A stretch of 64,000 nucleotides of DNA from Candidatus Saccharimonadales bacterium. GTDB lineage: Bacteria; Patescibacteriota; Saccharimonadia; Saccharimonadales; EFPC-124. The stretch lies in assembly GCA_035457485.1 (NCBI GenBank), contig DATIBO010000006.1:306659-370658 (forward strand), read 5' to 3'. Of this stretch, positions 37,597-46,579 are shown piece by piece (position 1 is the stretch's first letter; each line of letters opens with the position of its first letter). The translations under genes and the position numbers were made by a program. The notes under the pieces were generated by a model. It was not told where the DNA came from. It did no database searches and saw only the letters and a list, made by a program, of their open reading frames with translations.

Positions 37597-39011
37597 TGTG
37601 GCCCCGCTACGATTAATTCTGCAGAATTATCATCAGTAACGGCGTAAAGACGATCTTGGCCTGCGGAATAACTTACGCCATTGATATCGGCGCTAGTGTT
37701 GAGTGAGCCGAGTAGAACTGGCGTGGTTAAAGCTGTGTGGTTGATAACCTGGAGCTCCATAGTGTTTTCGTCGGTTGCAGCAAACAAGTAGTTGTTACTG
37801 TTAAAAAGTTCTAAGTCGTTAACGCTAGCTTGCGCGTTAAAAGTGCTGATCTGCACTGGTGAGGCTGGCGTTGTTACATCGATGTAGTGAACTAGGCCGC
37901 CTACCCGGCCAATAATTGCCGTATTAGAAAAGCTTGTGACCGATAGCGCATCGACGTTTCCTGAGGCGTCAAACGAGCTGGTTAAGCTGGGAGTGGTCGG
38001 AGTTGTTACGTTTATAATTTGCAACTCGGCGTTATTACCAGAGGTTGCAGCGTAAGCGTAGGTTTGGTCTGGTTTTACGAAGATGTCGTTGACTGAATTG
38101 GTTCCTAGGCTTAAAGTGCCCAGTAACGTAGGCGAAGAAGGCGTAGTTATATCGATTGTCAAGAAGCTGCCCGCTCTACCAAGGTAGGCGATATTGCCAA
38201 CTGCATATACGCTAAGGCCATTAGCGTTTCCGGATGCGTTAAAACTACCAATTAAAGATGGGCTTGCGGGGTTGGAAATGTCAACAATCTGGAGCTCCTG
38301 AGAGTTAGAGCTAGAGCTTACTAGCGCAGTCGAGCCAATTACATAAAGGTTTGTCGGTGCGTTGCTTAAAGTTAAGCTGCCGACAACGCTTGGGCTTGCG
38401 GGGTTGCTAATGTCCACTGCATAAAAGTTTGTTCCACTACTGGCTATAACGAAAGCATAGTTGCCCTTAACCTGAACCTTTAGGCCATTATTGTTACCAC
38501 TTAAATTAAGACTCCCAACTTGCTGAGGCGTGGCCCACCCGCTGGTGATTGCCTTTGCGAAGTTAGTTAAGTACGTGATGAACGAAACCGAATTAGTTCG
38601 TGTTGGTGAAAAGTTCCAGGTGACGGTTGAGGTTACTTTAAATAAGTCTGGGTCTGCTGTTCCGCCGCTGTCAACTATTTCGTTGCCGCTCCCGCGCTGA
38701 CCAGGAGTAAGATTTACCTGGCGCGTGAACTTGCCAATAGCTTGACTAGTTCCTGCAAATTCCCAAAAGCCGTTCGTGGTGGTTAGGCCGTGGTCGCCCG
38801 GGGTGAGGTTGTTCCAATTTTGAGCACGAATTGATCTTGTAGCTTCGATCGCCTCCTGTGATAAGTCTTTAGCTACTCCCAGCTCTTGCTCGAGTCGGTT
38901 GACGGATAAGCTGTGTAATATTGCGGTGGTACCACCCGCAAAAGCCACTGTAAATATTCCTATAGCGACGATTACCTCGATAATACTAAATCCAAAAATG
39001 CGCCGCATCAA
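37593..39011 (-). CDS. Prepilin-type N-terminus fused to a multi-repeat LVIVD-type beta-propeller (candidate pilus tip adhesin)
   Basis: FGFSIIEVIVAIGIF leader region. At least 6 repeats of the form (V/I)D(I/V)(S/T)xPxSPxxxG(S/T)(L/F). Confidence 0.7.
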   Translation of the reverse strand: MMRRIFGFSIIEVIVAIGIFTVAFAGGTTAILHSLSVNRLEQELGVAKDLSQEAIEATRSIRAQNWNNLTPGDHGLTTTNGFWEFAGTSQAIGKFTRQVNLTPGQRGSGNEIVDSGGTADPDLFKVTSTVTWNFSPTRTNSVSFITYLTNFAKAITSGWATPQQVGSLNLSGNNNGLKVQVKGNYAFVIASSGTNFYAVDISNPASPSVVGSLTLSNAPTNLYVIGSTALVSSSSNSQELQIVDISNPASPSLIGSFNASGNANGLSVYAVGNIAYLGRAGSFLTIDITTPSSPTLLGTLSLGTNSVNDIFVKPDQTYAYAATSGNNAELQIINVTTPTTPSLTSSFDASGNVDALSVTSFSNTAIIGRVGGLVHYIDVTTPASPVQISTFNAQASVNDLELFNSNNYLFAATDENTMELQVINHTALTTPVLLGSLNTSADINGVSYSAGQDRLYAVTDDNSAELIVAGPQ

Positions 39012-39427
39012 TTATCCTCTAGTGTGCCTACCGGGCTTAAGGTTAGGTTGATCGAACGATTATCGCCGCTAACTGTTAATGATAACGTTTGCGATGGTTC
39101 GCCGCGTGGGCTATTGAAGCTTACGTCGCTAAGGCCCGTAACATTCACGCTTTGCGGAATCGAAAAATCCTCACTAAAAGCAGGCGAAGAGCAACTGCTG
39201 CTATAAAGTCTGATGGTACTGGAAGTCTGGCAAACACCCCATGGCCCGCTACCCTTATTTGACATGGCATATGACTGAGCTTTAAGGAGGTAGCTTTTTA
39301 ATATCCCAACTGTCGATATAAATTGCTGTTGTCTGAGTGAATTTGCCGCAAATGGCGCGGTTGCTGTCGCCAGTATGGCAATAAGCGCGATAACCAAAAT
39401 TACTTCTAAAAAACTCACACCTTTCAT
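39008..39427 (-). CDS. Minor pilin (GspH/FimT-like) with prepilin-type N-terminus
   Basis: MKGVSFLEVILVIALIAILA. Confidence 0.7.
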   Translation of the reverse strand: MKGVSFLEVILVIALIAILATATAPFAANSLRQQQFISTVGILKSYLLKAQSYAMSNKGSGPWGVCQTSSTIRLYSSSCSSPAFSEDFSIPQSVNVTGLSDVSFNSPRGEPSQTLSLTVSGDNRSINLTLSPVGTLEDN

Positions 39428-40485
39428 ATTGATAAACTATAAGTTAGGTTGTAAATCGGGCTAAGTAGCGCGATCGCGAACAACCCCACGCTGACCCCCA
39501 AAATAAGAATAAGTACAGGCTCAATGGTTGTGGATATGTTTCTTATCGAATCGTTGACTTCTTCGCGGTAAAAACTTGATAGATATATGAGGTTTTCGTC
39601 GAGATTACCACTCTTTTCGCCTACCACAATCATTCTGGTTACTAGTGGTGGGTAAAGATTATGGTTGTCAATTTTAGCTATACTTTTACTGATCGAGGTT
39701 CCAGATTTTAGGAGTTTAGCGATTTTCTCGAGACTATCACGATATTCTTTGTTAGTTAGGGTTGGTGCTGTTGTCTCTATGGATGTGGCAACAGGTAGGC
39801 CACTCTTAAGAAGTGTGCCAAGGTTTCGTGAAAGTCGCTCTAACTGAGATGATCTAACAACGTCGCGGATGATCGGCAGGTTTAGTAGTGTACTTTGCCA
39901 CCACGGGGAAAGAATAGTGCGAGCTAAAATTACGAATAGAGAAACCAGGACAATTAAACCGATAATTATAGAAATGCCGTAGTCGCTCAAAAAGCCTAAG
40001 AAATTTAGTAAAAATTTGGTCGAGGTTGGAACCGATTCGAACGCCTGCGAGAATTCGATCAATCGCGGAAAAACAATAACGCTCACGATAATTCCAACGA
40101 CGACAAGAGTTACCAGTATGATTGCTGGATAAATCAGAGCCCCTCCGATTCGTGTTTTTAGCCGATATTCGTTCTCGAGTTGCTGCGCTAAAAAAGCTAA
40201 GTTCTCGTTAAGTGACCCCGTTGCTTCACCCGAGGCAACAACGCTTGTGTAAAAGTCATCGAAGATTTTAGGGTACTTTTTTATTGATTTGGTCAGTGTT
40301 TGCCCGTTGTTGATGCTATCGGCTATGCCGCCGAGTGCGATTTTAAGCTGTTTTGATTTTGTTTGCTCTTGCAGAGTTTTTAGAGAATCAACCGGCGAAA
40401 TTCCACTTTTTAGCATTAAAGATAAGTGTCTTGTAACCAACATTTTTTCTTTTAACAGATTCCGCGTGCCAAAAAGTTCGTTCAC
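39424..40485 (-). CDS. pilC: Type IV pilus platform protein PilC (GspF family)
   Basis: 353 aa with duplicated GspF domains and 3 TM segments. Overlaps pilB by 4 nt. Confidence 0.85.
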   Translation of the reverse strand: MNELFGTRNLLKEKMLVTRHLSLMLKSGISPVDSLKTLQEQTKSKQLKIALGGIADSINNGQTLTKSIKKYPKIFDDFYTSVVASGEATGSLNENLAFLAQQLENEYRLKTRIGGALIYPAIILVTLVVVGIIVSVIVFPRLIEFSQAFESVPTSTKFLLNFLGFLSDYGISIIIGLIVLVSLFVILARTILSPWWQSTLLNLPIIRDVVRSSQLERLSRNLGTLLKSGLPVATSIETTAPTLTNKEYRDSLEKIAKLLKSGTSISKSIAKIDNHNLYPPLVTRMIVVGEKSGNLDENLIYLSSFYREEVNDSIRNISTTIEPVLILILGVSVGLFAIALLSPIYNLTYSLSI

Positions 40486-42161
40486 ATTACTTCCTTTATG
40501 ATCCCCAAAATTTCGTCCAAACTAGTAATACCCTGTCTAACTTTATTCAGGCCATCTTCTATAAGTGGTTGCATCCCATTTTTTATGGCGAGATCGCGAA
40601 TGACCTGAGTGTCTTTTTTGTCGGTAATAGCTTTACGAATTTCTTTGTTAGTTTCGAGTACTTCAAAAATTCCTGTCCGACCGCGGTATCCTGTATTAAA
40701 ACAAACTGAGCAACCCTTACCTTTATATGCGCTAAGCTCGGAGATGCTTGAACCAAAGTACTTTTCAATTTCCTTTTTTTCATCGGCAGTAATCTCGTGT
40801 GTTACTCGACAATTTCGACATAGACTACGGACTAATCTTTGTGCAACGATTGAATTCAGCGCGCTCGCTACCAAATAAGCCTCAACACCCATTTCTGACA
40901 TGCGCGCGGGAACTGTCGCTGCATCGTTTGTATGGAAAGTGGACATCACGAGATGACCGGTAAGTGCAGCGTTTATTGCGATGTCGGCTGTTTCTTGATC
41001 TCGGACTTCGCCGACTAGAATAACATTAGGGTCTTGGCGAATTATTGAGCGTAATCCTTTTGCAAAAGTTAGACCTGCTGCCGGATTAACTTGGATTTGG
41101 CGGATTCTTTCGATCTGGTATTCCACTGGATCCTCGATTGTCATTATGTTGAGCTCCGGCTTGTTTATGAGCTTCAAAATTGCATACATTGTGGTTGTTT
41201 TGCCGCAGCCGGTCGGACCGGATGCTAAAAGCATTCCTCGCGATTTTGAGTAAGCTGACTTAATTTTTTGTAGATTGGCCGCCGAAATACCGAGTTCGTG
41301 AATTGAGAGCTCGTGAATATTTTCAGACAAAAGCCGTAGCACAATGTTTTCGCCACGAGTTGTTGGCACTATAGACACTCGAATGTCGATTTGTTTTTCA
41401 TCGGCCAGAAAGGGTATGCTACCATCTTGCGGGCTAAAATGCTCGTCTATTTTTAAATTAGATATGACCTTAATGCGTGTTATGACCTGGTCGAATAAAT
41501 TAGCCGAGATGGTCGTTACGTCATGCAAAATTCCATCGACGCGGAATCTTATTAAGGTTGAATTCTCGCTAGGTTCAATATGAATGTCCGATGCTTTGCT
41601 TCGATAGGCGTAGAGTATTAGTAGGTCTACCAGCTCGATAATATTAGGCCTAGCATCGGAGGGTCTTACCTCGGCCTGCGCTATGCTTGTTGCTAGCTCG
41701 GTTAAAAGATTACCTAAGTAATTCAACAGCGCATCAACAATGTCATTATCGGTGGCATAATAGAGTTCAATTGGTAAATTACTCTTTTGCTTGATCCAAT
41801 CGATCGTGGCCGGTTCTTGCAAGGGGGAGGATGTGGCGACTTTTAGTTTGGTCCCGTTTTTTGCAAACGCGATTAGTTTATGCTTTTGGGCGAAATCCTC
41901 AGGTACTATCTGTAGCACATCAAGTGGTAAGGATATTTGTGAAAGCTGCACGAATGGTAGCTTGTAAAGGTCGGCGACAATTTGACCCAAGATTACGTCG
42001 TCTACCAGCCCTTGATCGGAGATGACTTTTGCTAATGTTTGGCCGCTTTGCTTCGCAAGTGAATATGACTCTTGTAACGACTGAGCCTCCACAATGCCAG
42101 ACTTTCTCAAGAAATCCAAAAGAGATGTGTCGATATCAATGTTCTTCATCGTCCTTACCAT
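40482..42161 (-). CDS. pilB: Type IV pilus assembly ATPase PilB (GspE family)
   Basis: Walker A GPTGCGKTTT, Asp/His boxes, tetracysteine motif (CxxC...CxxC). Confidence 0.92.
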   Translation of the reverse strand: MVRTMKNIDIDTSLLDFLRKSGIVEAQSLQESYSLAKQSGQTLAKVISDQGLVDDVILGQIVADLYKLPFVQLSQISLPLDVLQIVPEDFAQKHKLIAFAKNGTKLKVATSSPLQEPATIDWIKQKSNLPIELYYATDNDIVDALLNYLGNLLTELATSIAQAEVRPSDARPNIIELVDLLILYAYRSKASDIHIEPSENSTLIRFRVDGILHDVTTISANLFDQVITRIKVISNLKIDEHFSPQDGSIPFLADEKQIDIRVSIVPTTRGENIVLRLLSENIHELSIHELGISAANLQKIKSAYSKSRGMLLASGPTGCGKTTTMYAILKLINKPELNIMTIEDPVEYQIERIRQIQVNPAAGLTFAKGLRSIIRQDPNVILVGEVRDQETADIAINAALTGHLVMSTFHTNDAATVPARMSEMGVEAYLVASALNSIVAQRLVRSLCRNCRVTHEITADEKKEIEKYFGSSISELSAYKGKGCSVCFNTGYRGRTGIFEVLETNKEIRKAITDKKDTQVIRDLAIKNGMQPLIEDGLNKVRQGITSLDEILGIIKEVM

Positions 42162-42519
42162 TCAAAAGCGAGATAGCCTTACTAACGACTTTTGTCAGTG
42201 AAACGTGTGACTTTACCAAGTAATCTTTTGCGCCCAGACTTTTGGCTCGCCGAATGTCTTCTGGTTGACTCAAATTTGAAAGCACAAGAACCAGCTTGTT
42301 TTTATCACGAACACTTTCTAGCACGTCCCAGCCATCTAAATTCGGCATTAAAATGTCTAAAATAATGAGATCGAAGCTATTTGACTCGATCAGAGGAATA
42401 GCTTCAACGCCGTCAAGAGCGACTGTCGCTAGAAAACCGTCGGCTTCAAATCGCTGTTTTAAAGCTTTGGCGAGAGCCTCTTCATCTTCAATTATTAAAA
42501 CGCTAAACTGTTTTTTCAT
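42136..42519 (-). CDS. Response-regulator receiver protein
   Basis: VLIIEDEE...DLIILDILMPNLDG...K. Located between the kinase and pilB. Confidence 0.85.
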   Translation of the reverse strand: MKKQFSVLIIEDEEALAKALKQRFEADGFLATVALDGVEAIPLIESNSFDLIILDILMPNLDGWDVLESVRDKNKLVLVLSNLSQPEDIRRAKSLGAKDYLVKSHVSLTKVVSKAISLLNGKDDEEH

Positions 42520-43558
42520 CTTGCAATCCTTTCTTGCGCATTCCAGTTAGAGGTATAGATACATAAAATGTTGTACCAGGATGTTTAGGTGAGCCAGACT
42601 CTGAAGGTGATGTGTACCAAATTTTTCCGCCCGCTTCTTCTATAAGGCGTTTTGCATCAAACAAACCTAAACCAACGCCACGCGGGTCGGCGAGCCTAGC
42701 TTCTTCTGATCTAAAGAATTTAGTAAACATCTGTTCTCGATATCGTGGTGAGATTCCAAATCCTGTGTCTTCGACGGTGCAAATAACGTTTTTTGCTTGG
42801 TCGAGCGAGTGTGATATATTAACTGATCCACCAGGCGGGGTGTAGGTAATTGCATTAGAAACCAATGTGCGATACACAGTTCCAAGGATATTAGGATCAA
42901 CTTTAATTACGGGTATTTCATCATGTGACTCACGTATGTAAACTCCTTTTTTGTTTGCTTCATTCTTGAAATACTCTACGGCGCTGTGCATGATTTTGAC
43001 CACATCTCCAGGTACGGGATCGATCGCAAAAGTGTTGAGTTCGATTCGCGAGGCATAGAGTAGCTCATCGGTTGTCTCAATTGCCTTGAGTGTGGCAACC
43101 TCGGCCTCGAGTAAGTAGCTTTTCTGCTCGTCGTTCAGCGTTGGGTCATGTGAAAGACTCTCGACGTACCAACGAATAACTGTTAGTGGAGTTTGAAGTT
43201 GGTGCCCAGCGAGCGAAATAAATTGGGTCTTAGCATCGTCAAGCTCTTTTTGCTTTGTCATGTCGGAGTGCACCTCGACGAAAAATTCAACCTCCTTGTG
43301 GTCATCTAATACCGGAAAAATCATCGCTCGGCTGTAAAAAATGCTGCCATCTTTACGCTTGTTTTTGAACTCACCTATAAAAGGCTTTTTTTGCAATTTT
43401 ATAGTCTGCCATAGCTTTTTATAAAACGACTTTGGCATAAGACCGCCCCAAAGTTCTTTTGAGCCAACTTTTTTACCGACAACTTCGTTAAGTGGGAATC
43501 CAGTTAGTTCCTCGACGGCTTTATTGGCGTAAAAAACCGTACCGTCAACATCAGTCAT
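42503..43558 (-). CDS. PAS-domain sensor histidine kinase
   Basis: PAS (DVDGTVFYANKAVEELTG), H-box AGHQLQTPLT, N/G boxes. The frame stays open 81 nt upstream with no canonical start, so the PAS N-terminus may be clipped or use an unusual start. Confidence 0.8.
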   Translation of the reverse strand: MTDVDGTVFYANKAVEELTGFPLNEVVGKKVGSKELWGGLMPKSFYKKLWQTIKLQKKPFIGEFKNKRKDGSIFYSRAMIFPVLDDHKEVEFFVEVHSDMTKQKELDDAKTQFISLAGHQLQTPLTVIRWYVESLSHDPTLNDEQKSYLLEAEVATLKAIETTDELLYASRIELNTFAIDPVPGDVVKIMHSAVEYFKNEANKKGVYIRESHDEIPVIKVDPNILGTVYRTLVSNAITYTPPGGSVNISHSLDQAKNVICTVEDTGFGISPRYREQMFTKFFRSEEARLADPRGVGLGLFDAKRLIEEAGGKIWYTSPSESGSPKHPGTTFYVSIPLTGMRKKGLQDEKTV

Positions 43559-43717
43559 AGTAATATGATCTGATGAGTTATCGGTTGCTAGTTTAAATAT
43601 TTGCGGGTTAATATTTTTCGTTCCAATAACTTAATAAGTTAGTATAAGCATATTGTAACATTAAATAAACTAACATAAATTTTATTTTTTAATCGATATT
43701 TCGATACAATTAATATA

Positions 43718-45124
43718 ATGAAACCGTTTCCGGCACTTACAACTCGCGAGTTACCAGAGGCGCCACGATGGACTAAAGCTATAGGTGTTGGTGTTGTGGC
43801 ACTGGGCTTGGCGATAGGAACAGGGGAGCTTATACTCTGGCCAACTCTTGTAGTTAAATTTGGACCGAATATTTTATGGGGCGCGTTTATTGGTCTTACT
43901 CTACAGTTATTTATAAATTATGAGGTCGCTCGTCATACGCTGGCAACTGGCGAAAGTTTTTTTACCTCGTCGGCACGTTTGTTTAAGTGGTTTGCGCCCT
44001 TTTGGCTAGTAGCTGCATTTTTTTTGTATATCTGGCCAGGGTGGGCAAGCGCGCTGGGAACAATCTTGAATGCTCTGATGGGATTTGGAAATCCTGTTCT
44101 GTGGGCTTGGGCAACTCTTATCTTGGTGCTGCTTATGACTTTGGTTGGCAGGCAAGCCTATCACACACTTGAAGTATCTATGAAAATTATTGTCCCAGCT
44201 TTTTTTATTCTTTTGCTTTTTGTTAGTTTCAATAATCTTAGCCTAAACGACGTCGCACAGGGTGTTAAAGGTTTGTTTAGTATTGGTTGGATTCCAGCCG
44301 GTATAGATGTGAGTTTGTTTTTTAGTGCAATTGTTTTTGCTGGAACTGGCGGAATGCTTAATTTGTGTGTTTCGTTGTGGTATCGCGATAAGCAGGTGGG
44401 GATGGCAGCTTATAGCTCGCCGATAAAAAATCCCCTAACCTCGCAGGAACAAACACAAGATGTTAGCGGCCACACTTTTGAGGCTAAAGGCCAAAACCTT
44501 GCCCATTGGAAAAAATGGCTAAGCTACGTTCGCGGTGAGCAAGTTATAATTTTTTGGTTGCTAGGGCTTATAACGCTTTTTTTACTTAGCATTAACGCCT
44601 ATGCCGTGCTTGCGCCGAGGGGAATTGTGCCCGAAGGTGCCGATGTTGCAATTGCTCAGGCAGCAATATTTGGCGAAACCTGGGGTGACGTGGGCGTAAA
44701 AGCATTTTTGATTATGGCTTTTTTGATGTTATTTTCGGTGATGTGGACCATAATAAACGCTTTTACACGCATAATTAGCGATGTTATTTTTGTTAATTCG
44801 CATGTGGGCCCGCTCCAGCGCATGTTTAGTAAGTTCAAAAATATAAGTCAAAGCAAACTTTACTATTTGTTGGTTGTCTTGTTGGTTATTATTCAGGCGG
44901 CGCTTGTACCATTTAGCCAGCCGCTGCCTTATCTGGTGCTAACATCGGTGCTTGGCGGTATGGTGATGGCTATATATGTGCCCGTAATTTTGGTTTTAAA
45001 CAATCGTCACCTTGCGCAGTCACTGCGGCCTAAACTTTTTAGCAACTTTATTTTGGTTATTGCTGCCCTAACTTATACGGTATTTTCGATCATTGTATTG
45101 TTGTCGCTATTTGGAGTGATGTAG
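43718..45124 (+). CDS. Multi-TM transporter, Nramp/APC-superfamily-like
   Basis: 468 aa, about 11-12 TM, GLAIGTGELILWP motif. Family assignment is tentative. Confidence 0.45.
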   Translation: MKPFPALTTRELPEAPRWTKAIGVGVVALGLAIGTGELILWPTLVVKFGPNILWGAFIGLTLQLFINYEVARHTLATGESFFTSSARLFKWFAPFWLVAAFFLYIWPGWASALGTILNALMGFGNPVLWAWATLILVLLMTLVGRQAYHTLEVSMKIIVPAFFILLLFVSFNNLSLNDVAQGVKGLFSIGWIPAGIDVSLFFSAIVFAGTGGMLNLCVSLWYRDKQVGMAAYSSPIKNPLTSQEQTQDVSGHTFEAKGQNLAHWKKWLSYVRGEQVIIFWLLGLITLFLLSINAYAVLAPRGIVPEGADVAIAQAAIFGETWGDVGVKAFLIMAFLMLFSVMWTIINAFTRIISDVIFVNSHVGPLQRMFSKFKNISQSKLYYLLVVLLVIIQAALVPFSQPLPYLVLTSVLGGMVMAIYVPVILVLNNRHLAQSLRPKLFSNFILVIAALTYTVFSIIVLLSLFGVM

Positions 45125-45206
45125 TGTTTAAAGCTACGAACAGATTCATAGGGCTATTTATTTGATGAAGATTAGGCTAATCTATAACCGTAACACGAGG
45201 AATTAA

Positions 45207-45761
45207 ATGCGAAAAATTATAGCAACAATATCGTTAAGCGTTGACGGTTACTTTTGTGGCCCGAATGGCGAGATCGACTGGTTTGTATTAGATAAAGAAT
45301 TTGACGATCACTCACTAGAAGTTTTGGACACGGTTGATACATTTTTGTTTGGTCGTACAACTTACGAAGGTATGGCGAACTATTGGCCAACACAGGGAGA
45401 TAAGTATAATCCAGAAGTTGCTAAACGAATGAATGGCTATGCGAAGATTGCGGTTTCTGACAAGCCGATCGATCTAAGCTGGAACAATTCGCAACAACTC
45501 CAGGGTGATTTAATCGAAGAAGTCACGAAATTAAAACAGCAAGAGGGCGCAAATATTTGCATTTACGGAAGCGGCGACATTGTGCGTCAGCTAACCGATG
45601 CAGGTTTAATTGATGAATACAACTTACTAATTGACCCGGTTATTCTTGGCGATGGCAAAACCTTGTTTAAAGGAGTGAAACATAGAACGGCTTTAAATCT
45701 TAACGAAGTCCGACAGTTCAAGTCTGGCGTAGTTTTGCATAATTATACATTGCAAAAGTAG
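45207..45761 (+). CDS. Dihydrofolate-reductase-like (RibD C-terminal domain) family protein
   Basis: ISLSVDGY...FGRTTYEGMANYW...IYGSGDIVRQL...DEYNLLIDPVILGDGKTLF. Confidence 0.75.
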   Translation: MRKIIATISLSVDGYFCGPNGEIDWFVLDKEFDDHSLEVLDTVDTFLFGRTTYEGMANYWPTQGDKYNPEVAKRMNGYAKIAVSDKPIDLSWNNSQQLQGDLIEEVTKLKQQEGANICIYGSGDIVRQLTDAGLIDEYNLLIDPVILGDGKTLFKGVKHRTALNLNEVRQFKSGVVLHNYTLQK

Positions 45762-45786
45762 CTAAAAACATAATGCGATGCTCGTG

Positions 45787-46236
45787 TTATTTTGCTTGTA
45801 AAACTTCTAGAGTATACAAAATTTCACTCGCGTGAGTTGCGGGTGTGACTTTGGGAAATTCATGCACGATTTGACCATCAGGGTTGATAATAAAAGTTTT
45901 TCGCAACGTTCCAACATGTCCTAAAAAACCTTTGCCCCACGCGCCGTAGGCCTTAATGGTGCTTTTGGCGGGGTCGCTTAAAAGCGTAAATGGTAACTTG
46001 TAGTTTTTAATAAAATTAGCGTGACTTTCGACCGAATCTTTAGAGATGCCGATCACAACGGCATCTTTTGCTATTAGCGACTCATTAGCGTCACGAAATG
46101 AACATGCCTCGGCAGTGCATCCCGGAGTTTGGTCTTTAGGGTAAAAGTACAGAACTACCCATTTGCCGGCAAAATCCGTCAGCGTTTTGACGTTGCCGTT
46201 TTGATCTTTTAGCGAAAAGTTTGGAGCTTGCTTCAT
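45787..46236 (-). CDS. bcp: Peroxiredoxin Bcp (thiol peroxidase)
   Basis: FYPKDQTPGCTAEAC active-site region. Confidence 0.88.
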   Translation of the reverse strand: MKQAPNFSLKDQNGNVKTLTDFAGKWVVLYFYPKDQTPGCTAEACSFRDANESLIAKDAVVIGISKDSVESHANFIKNYKLPFTLLSDPAKSTIKAYGAWGKGFLGHVGTLRKTFIINPDGQIVHEFPKVTPATHASEILYTLEVLQAK

Positions 46237-46304
46237 AAGTATACTTTATCATTTAGTGAGTTAAACTTAAATTCGGCCAGCTATTGAGGCTAAAACTAAA
46301 AGTA

Positions 46305-46333
46305 TTGACATGGGCGTGACGGTAAACTACAGT
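46305..46333 (+). promoter_or_regulatory. Sigma70-like promoter upstream of the lasso precursor
   Basis: TTGACA-17 nt-TACAGT in AT-rich sequence about 65 nt upstream of the precursor ATG. Confidence 0.5.
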
Positions 46334-46399
46334 TTTTATTTGTGCGTTGTACATACACACATCGCACGTACCCACGAATCCCGCAAAGGGGGTGAATGA

Positions 46400-46516
46400 A
46401 TGAACTTCGACGAGGAGTACGAGGTCCCGGCCACGCAGGAGATCGGTGGCGTGGTGGAAATCACGCTCGGCTCGGCCGGCAACGACAAGAAGGACGACAC
46501 CCAGTACTGGGTGTGA
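46400..46516 (+). CDS. Lasso peptide precursor (38 aa; predicted 23-aa leader + 15-aa core)
   Basis: Not in the track, which shows a different frame. Translation: MNFDEEYEVPATQEIGGVVEITL|GSAGNDKKDDTQYWV. AAGGGGGTG lies 5-7 nt upstream. Thr at -2, Gly1 and Asp9. Immediately upstream of C-B1-B2. Confidence 0.8.
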   Translation: MNFDEEYEVPATQEIGGVVEITLGSAGNDKKDDTQYWV

Positions 46517-46524
46517 CGTCCGAA

Positions 46525-46556
46525 CCTCGAGGCCAGGCTTGCGCCTGGCCTCGAGG
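46525..46556 (+). promoter_or_regulatory. Perfect 14-bp GC hairpin between precursor and cyclase genes (attenuator/stabiliser)
   Basis: CCTCGAGGCCAGGC-TTGC-GCCTGGCCTCGAGG. No T-tract follows. Confidence 0.6.
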
Positions 46557-46579
46557 CCCCATCTACTCAAAGGAGTAAT

